From Minisyncoccota bacterium (GTDB lineage Bacteria > Patescibacteriota > Minisyncoccia > Phycocordibacterales > UBA9973): a DNA stretch of 64,000 bases. This document shows positions 59,243 to 64,000 of the stretch, piece by piece (position 1 is the stretch's first letter; each line of letters begins with the position of its first letter). The DNA lies in assembly GCA_041663005.1 (NCBI GenBank), contig JBAZRK010000002.1:740-64739 (forward strand), given 5' to 3'. The position numbers were made by a program, and so were the translations under genes. A model generated the notes under the pieces. It made no database searches and was not told where the DNA came from. It saw nothing but the letters and a program-made list of their open reading frames with translations.

Positions 59243-59755
59243 TTAATAGCTACCACGGAGCACCACCGTATTAGAAAAATCATAAGTTCTATTCTGGTTG
59301 TCATTTTGAGATTGTACGGTCATAGAAACCTGAATTGCTTTACCTTGAGCCGTAGTAATCTGAGTGAACGAAAGAGCATTCACTTGAACTCGCGGAGAAT
59401 TTAAGTTAGCAATGAAAATATCGTTTTCGAGAAGTCTAACATCGGTGCCCGATAACAGAAATTCTATTGTCATCAGCTGCCCAGCGTCATTAGTGGTGTT
59501 TAACTTCAGATCACCCACCGCGACCGCACTGACGTCGCTTGCTAACCTGATTTCTCTAACGATACGCTCCATTATGGTACTGCTTTGGGCAAGCTCGGTA
59601 TAAAGTGCTGTCTCCTTAAAAGACCCAGTCATAGTGAGCATTGAGCTCACGACCGCGAGCGACAAAGCTGCGAAAAATGAAACGTAAAACAAAAGTTCAA
59701 GTAGAGCATATCCTCCAGACTGATTTCTTAAAATTTTTATGCTTTTCTTTATCAT
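59243..59755 (-). CDS. Type IV pseudopilin (prepilin-type N-terminus)
   Basis: SGGYALLELLFYVSFFAAL, a G|(F/Y)xLxE class III signal-like N-terminus. Confidence 0.6.
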   Translation of the reverse strand: MIKKSIKILRNQSGGYALLELLFYVSFFAALSLAVVSSMLTMTGSFKETALYTELAQSSTIMERIVREIRLASDVSAVAVGDLKLNTTNDAGQLMTIEFLLSGTDVRLLENDIFIANLNSPRVQVNALSFTQITTAQGKAIQVSMTVQSQNDNQNRTYDFSNTVVLRGSY

Positions 59756-60237
59756 TAAAAAATATTCATTAGATAAAATTGCAAACTTTTTTCCACCGTC
59801 ATTCCGCCTTCTTGCCAGGAAACTGATACAGTCACGAGCTTGGTTTCAGGATCATCCGTCCCGCCAGAACTCGTTATGTCGCTGGTCGCATCGTCACGAT
59901 CAACTGCCTCGACAGAAACTGTACGGGTGAAAATTCCAACAATATTGAGTGCCGAAGACAGTGACCAAGTCCCGCCAGAGAATGTCGGATAATATTCCGT
60001 GCCTGCAGTCAATCCGGAGATGCTCGCCCAGCCATTGTCTCGAACAATTCTCACCGCTTCTGCCCCTTCTTCTAAGAGAAAAGTGGCCTGTGAGGTATGA
60101 AAGGCTTGTCTCGACACTTGCACTGACTTCTGGGTTACGGTCATTGCGGAGAGAACAGCCACGGCGATAATGGACGTCGCCACCAAAACCTCGACCATCA
60201 TAAATCCAGATTTAAATTTTCGAAAATTTCTTTTCAT
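59755..60237 (-). CDS. Type IV pseudopilin (PilV-like)
   Basis: KSGFMMVEVLVATSIIAV prepilin cleavage/methylation motif. Confidence 0.7.
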   Translation of the reverse strand: MKRNFRKFKSGFMMVEVLVATSIIAVAVLSAMTVTQKSVQVSRQAFHTSQATFLLEEGAEAVRIVRDNGWASISGLTAGTEYYPTFSGGTWSLSSALNIVGIFTRTVSVEAVDRDDATSDITSSGGTDDPETKLVTVSVSWQEGGMTVEKSLQFYLMNIF

Positions 60238-60242
60238 TTGTT

Positions 60243-60713
60243 TTACTGAGCACTTGCCGACCCCGTTGCCGTAATAGTAATTATTTTAGAAAACTCCGGT
60301 GATGATATCGTTACCGTCCCCGCCTTGTTTGGCTCTCCAGAAATGCGTTTAAAGTACAAATCTCCAGAACCCCCACTTGTCCCGCCAAGCGTTACATTCG
60401 AAATGTTCGCTGGTGCTAAAATTGAAATCTCTTCGTTGTCTCCTGCCCCAGCCGAATAGCTTGTGCCTTTGAAAATTATAACCGCGCCTGATTCAAAATG
60501 CACTCCGTAGGAAGAAGAGTCCTTAGACGCAAGCGTTTCTGCCCTCGCCTTGCTTAAGCTTGAGAGGGTGTCCCCTACAGCAGTATTAACTAACTGCTTC
60601 TCACGGCTTTTCGAAAAAGGCGGAGTTATAACGGCGAGGATAATCCCAAGTACCGCGAGCACTACTAAAATTTCTACTATCGTGAGCCCTCTTGTGTGGA
60701 AATTATTTTTCAT
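60243..60713 (-). CDS. Type IV pilin / pseudopilin
   Basis: TRGLTIVEILVVLAVLGIIL prepilin motif. Confidence 0.7.
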   Translation of the reverse strand: MKNNFHTRGLTIVEILVVLAVLGIILAVITPPFSKSREKQLVNTAVGDTLSSLSKARAETLASKDSSSYGVHFESGAVIIFKGTSYSAGAGDNEEISILAPANISNVTLGGTSGGSGDLYFKRISGEPNKAGTVTISSPEFSKIITITATGSASAQ

Positions 60714-60723
60714 ATATTCGTAA

Positions 60724-61941
60724 TTAAATTTGACCCAACACAGAGTAAAGTGGTGAAATCATAGATATAGCAAAGAATCCGACGGCAGCTCCAATAAATA
60801 TCATCAGGACCGGCTCGATGATAGTGGAAAGGTTTTTGGTTTTGTTTTCAATTTCTGCTTCGTAAAACAGCGCCACCTCATGAAGCATATCGGAGAGCTT
60901 GCCAGTCTCTTCTCCAACCTCCACCATTTCCGACATCATTATTGGATAAAGTTTGGAATTTTCCACGAAAATTTTTGAAAACGGAGCACCTTTTTCCACT
61001 TCTACTTTCACTTGGCTTAAAATTTCTTTATAGTACACATTCTGTACCACGTCTTCGGTAATCTCAACTGCCCTGGTAATAGAAACGCCCGAAGATAAGA
61101 GCGACGACATAGTGCGCGCCGTGCGGGCAGTATTGAGTTCGCGTGCCAAGTTCCCCACTACCGGCAATCGCAACACCAGGAAATCTATAGGTCGAGCCAT
61201 CATTTTCGCCCGAAAAATTGAAAATATGGCAAAAGCGGTGCCGATAATTATCACGAAGCTCAAGATCAAGTGCTCGGAGAAAAAGGTTCCCACTGCCACG
61301 AGCAACTGTGTCGACAAAGGCAGCGTAACGCCAAGCTCTTTGAAAGTTCCGGCTAGGGTCGGCACTACGAAAGCGAACATCAGGACTCCGATCACAACCA
61401 TCGCCGAAAGAATGACCCCTGGGTAAATTAACGCACCACGAATTTTCTTGGTCAACGAATTAGACTTTTCCAGGTTCTCTCCGATATCAAGCAGAGCTCC
61501 GGCCAGGTTGCCCGATTCTTCTCCAGCACGAATCATTGAGGTGAAAAGTTTAGAAAATACCTTGGGGTGCTTGGCGAGTGCCGCTGAAAAAGTTTCTCCC
61601 CCATCTATATCGTGTAGAAGATTCCCGATAATTTTATTTAATTCGGGGTTTTTGGTCTGCTTCTCCAAGACAGAGAGCCCGCGAGAAAGCGCCAGCCCGG
61701 CCTTAAGCATCCCACTTAAGTTTTTCGTAAAAATTATCTGCTCACTCAATTTCACTCGTGCAAAAATACTATTCATGGTTCCGAATTTTTCCAGAAATCC
61801 TACCCCCTTCTCGCTAATGGACACGGGAACAAATCCACGAGAGCGTAATTCGTGAGCCAAGGCGAAACGATCCAAGGCTTCTGCTTGCCCTTCTGTTAAC
61901 TCACCTGTATCTTTGACTTTTGCGGTGTAAGAAAATAACAT
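60724..61941 (-). CDS. pilC: Type IV pilus assembly platform protein PilC / GspF family
   Basis: Two T2SSF repeats (...MIRAGEESGNL... and ...EVGEETGKL...) and three TM segments. Confidence 0.9.
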   Translation of the reverse strand: MLFSYTAKVKDTGELTEGQAEALDRFALAHELRSRGFVPVSISEKGVGFLEKFGTMNSIFARVKLSEQIIFTKNLSGMLKAGLALSRGLSVLEKQTKNPELNKIIGNLLHDIDGGETFSAALAKHPKVFSKLFTSMIRAGEESGNLAGALLDIGENLEKSNSLTKKIRGALIYPGVILSAMVVIGVLMFAFVVPTLAGTFKELGVTLPLSTQLLVAVGTFFSEHLILSFVIIIGTAFAIFSIFRAKMMARPIDFLVLRLPVVGNLARELNTARTARTMSSLLSSGVSITRAVEITEDVVQNVYYKEILSQVKVEVEKGAPFSKIFVENSKLYPIMMSEMVEVGEETGKLSDMLHEVALFYEAEIENKTKNLSTIIEPVLMIFIGAAVGFFAISMISPLYSVLGQI

Positions 61942-61970
61942 CTATATAATCCTGCGAATAAGTGGATTTT

Positions 61971-63752
61971 TTATTCCGACACGACTCGGAATACTTCCTC
62001 AAGTGTAGTCACCCCAAGTACCGCCTGGAAAACTCCGTCCTCCACCATAGTCATCATTCCTTCTTTCTTTGCCTGCACTTCTATCTGGTCCTGGGAACCT
62101 CCGCCAACAATCAATTCTTTAATTGCCGTCGAAACTTTCAACACTTCGTGCATTCCGGTACGGCTGGAATACCCGTCTTCGAACTCACTCGTCGACACCG
62201 GTTTATAAAATGGCACCTTCTCCCAAGTATCTTCCGGCCCGATGATTTTTTCTTCTTTTAGAAATCCCAAAACACGGTCAAGGTCCACAACTTTACTTAA
62301 ATTTTTAAGTTCGGTCGGAGACAAGAAGTACTTTTCTTTGCTTGGAGTAAGCTTACGTACAAGTCTCTGGGCAATTATAGTCTTAACTGTCGCAGTGATC
62401 AGGAAGGGCTCCACGCCCATATCTATCATACGAGGAATGGCCCCCGCAGCGGAGTTCGTATGGATGGTAGAGAGCACCAAGTGACCAGTGAGCGAAGCGT
62501 TAACTGCAAGTCCGGCGGTTTCACCGTCGCGAATTTCTCCAACCATTATGATGTCCGGGTCCTGCCTCAACAGAGATCGGAGTCCATTGGCAAAAGTGAG
62601 TCCTATTTCCGGCTTCACTTGGGTTTGGTTTACTCGCGGCATTTGATATTCGATAGGGTCTTCCACGGTAGAAATATTTACTTCGGGTTTGTTTAAAATT
62701 TCGAGCATTGTGTAAAGTGTCGTGGTCTTACCGCTACCGGTCGGACCCGTCGCGAGGACCATCCCCGTTTTTTGTTTCAAAGAATTATAAATTCGCTCCA
62801 ATCCCTCGCCGTGAAAGCCCAAGCCCTCGAGCGAGAAGCCTTTCGCATTTTCTTTAAGTATTCGCATCACCGTCTTCTCGCCGAAGAAAGTCGGCAAGGT
62901 GGAAACACGAAAGGAAATTTTCTCCCCGTTTTGTTCTATTTTAAATCTGCCGTCCTGAGGCAAACGCTTCTCGTCGAGTTTCAAATTCGAAAGAACTTTA
63001 ATGCGAGCGGTTATCCCCGACCCGGCACCCTTCTCGAGCACCATCGCATCGTGGAGAAGTCCGTCGATGCGGTAACGCACTGTAAGCTCCTTCTCCCCCG
63101 GCTCAATGTGGATGTCGGAAGCATTCTGGAGAATAGCGTGGAAAATAAGCGAGTCGACAATTTTCACCACCGGCAAGTCTTCCGCCATTTTTTTCAACTC
63201 TGCTTCTGTCTTCTCGGGAACTTTCTCGCCCGGCTGGGTTCCCGCTTCACCCTTGTCATCTTCTGCTACTTTCAGCGTGCTGGCTTCCTTTTGAATAATG
63301 TCTTGAAATTCCGCCTTCAAACTCTGTCGATACTGGACTAATACTGACTTAATAGAATTCGCATCCGTAAGCCGTGGCAGAATTTTAAGCCCCGAGCGTT
63401 TCTTGATGAAATCAATCACGGGCAAATCATCCACATCAAGCATCGCAACTTCGAGAGAATCTTTTTCTTTCTTATAAGCAACAATGTTCGAGTTCCGGGC
63501 AATAGGCTCAGGGATGAGTGAGAGCACCGAGAAGTCTATTTTCACATTTGCGAGGTCGATAAAAGGGATACCTAAAACGAAGGCTTCCACTCGCTTCATA
63601 TCTACCTCTGTAATTTTCCCTTCCGAGAGCAGGATGTTACTTACTTTTTGCTTTTTCTCGTCGGCTTTTGTAAAAGCGTCTTCAAGGTCGGACTTAGAAA
63701 CCAGACCAGACTCTAAAATATATTTCTTGAGCTGCTCTTCGTTGATTTGCAT
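61971..63752 (-). CDS. pilB: Type IV pilus assembly ATPase PilB / GspE family
   Basis: Walker A GPTGSGKTTT, Asp box, and His box (LVLSTIHTN). Confidence 0.93.
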   Translation of the reverse strand: MQINEEQLKKYILESGLVSKSDLEDAFTKADEKKQKVSNILLSEGKITEVDMKRVEAFVLGIPFIDLANVKIDFSVLSLIPEPIARNSNIVAYKKEKDSLEVAMLDVDDLPVIDFIKKRSGLKILPRLTDANSIKSVLVQYRQSLKAEFQDIIQKEASTLKVAEDDKGEAGTQPGEKVPEKTEAELKKMAEDLPVVKIVDSLIFHAILQNASDIHIEPGEKELTVRYRIDGLLHDAMVLEKGAGSGITARIKVLSNLKLDEKRLPQDGRFKIEQNGEKISFRVSTLPTFFGEKTVMRILKENAKGFSLEGLGFHGEGLERIYNSLKQKTGMVLATGPTGSGKTTTLYTMLEILNKPEVNISTVEDPIEYQMPRVNQTQVKPEIGLTFANGLRSLLRQDPDIIMVGEIRDGETAGLAVNASLTGHLVLSTIHTNSAAGAIPRMIDMGVEPFLITATVKTIIAQRLVRKLTPSKEKYFLSPTELKNLSKVVDLDRVLGFLKEEKIIGPEDTWEKVPFYKPVSTSEFEDGYSSRTGMHEVLKVSTAIKELIVGGGSQDQIEVQAKKEGMMTMVEDGVFQAVLGVTTLEEVFRVVSE

Positions 63753-63805
63753 TACTTATATTATAACAAAAAAATCTTGCGGGGACTATATAAATAAAAA
63801 CAGCA

Positions 63806-63840
63806 CGTCGAATCCAAATGGACTGACGTGCTCTTCTCCT
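63806..63840 (-). terminator. Hairpin AGCACGTCAGTCC...GGATTCGACGTGCT plus U5 on minus, downstream of a partial gene at the window edge
   Basis: 8-bp stem followed by GTTTTT. Confidence 0.45.
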
Positions 63841-63900
63841 GAGAGGATTAAGGCTCCTCTCATGCCTCGCTTGCCTAAGGCGGTTTATAGGCTCAGCAAC

Positions 63901-64000
63901 TTATTTGACTTCTTCGCTGACAAAGGACGGAGCCGGCGTCGGAATGTCGATGATGCGTGTATACGACACGATGTCGGGATAACCTGAGCCGGCGGTTACC
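63901..64000 (-). CDS. C-terminal fragment of an unidentified gene (continues beyond the window end)
   Basis: Minus-strand frame reads ...VTAGSGYPDIVSYTRIIDIPTPAPSFVSEEVK*, followed by the terminator. Confidence 0.25.
   Translation of the reverse strand, partial: VTAGSGYPDIVSYTRIIDIPTPAPSFVSEEVK

Noticed and set aside
63753-64000. ORF 63484..63987 (+) and an RNA-gene identity for the window end
   Set aside because: The plus ORF is antisense to pilB and low complexity. The hairpins are better explained as a terminator for a minus-strand gene whose C-terminus enters the window at 63901..64000.

Overview
This is an AT-rich, gene-dense bacterial chromosomal segment, coded almost entirely on the minus strand. 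Gene content fits a reduced-genome, CPR/Patescibacteria-like organism, but that is inference from content, not proof: a partial 23S rRNA with no adjacent 16S, a minimal housekeeping set, five very large secreted proteins with peptidoglycan-binding domains, and a type IV pilus/competence cluster. Housekeeping genes read from the sequence, left to right: purH, rplL, rplJ, ftsK, recA, efp, rpsR-ssb-rpsF, tatD, metG, glyQS, recO, ileS, argS, tmk, glyA, comEC (split into membrane and MBL genes), rnhA, recJ, pgk, tpiA, pilB/pilC. The most unusual content is a miniature palindromic repeat family with a 23-nt core, ATTCGGACGTCCAACGTCCGAAT, present at 9 or more loci. It clusters around an IS200-like HuH gene at 17403..18101 that looks like a REP-associated tyrosine transposase (RAYT). 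Copies of this repeat are inserted in frame into purH and into the RAYT gene itself. A DUF4258/DUF2283 toxin-antitoxin-like pair is bracketed by ~90-bp composite direct repeats. Other notable items: ileS carries a ~200-aa histidine-phosphatase (RHG...H) domain inserted in frame and sits behind a T-box-like leader with an AUC specifier; a Cas2-like orphan gene is flanked by ~28-bp direct repeats; a ~360-bp GC-rich noncoding island with promoter and terminator signals lies upstream of rplJ, where rplK-rplA would normally be; and several further small hairpin-repeat families occur. No tRNA genes and no CRISPR array were recognised by eye.
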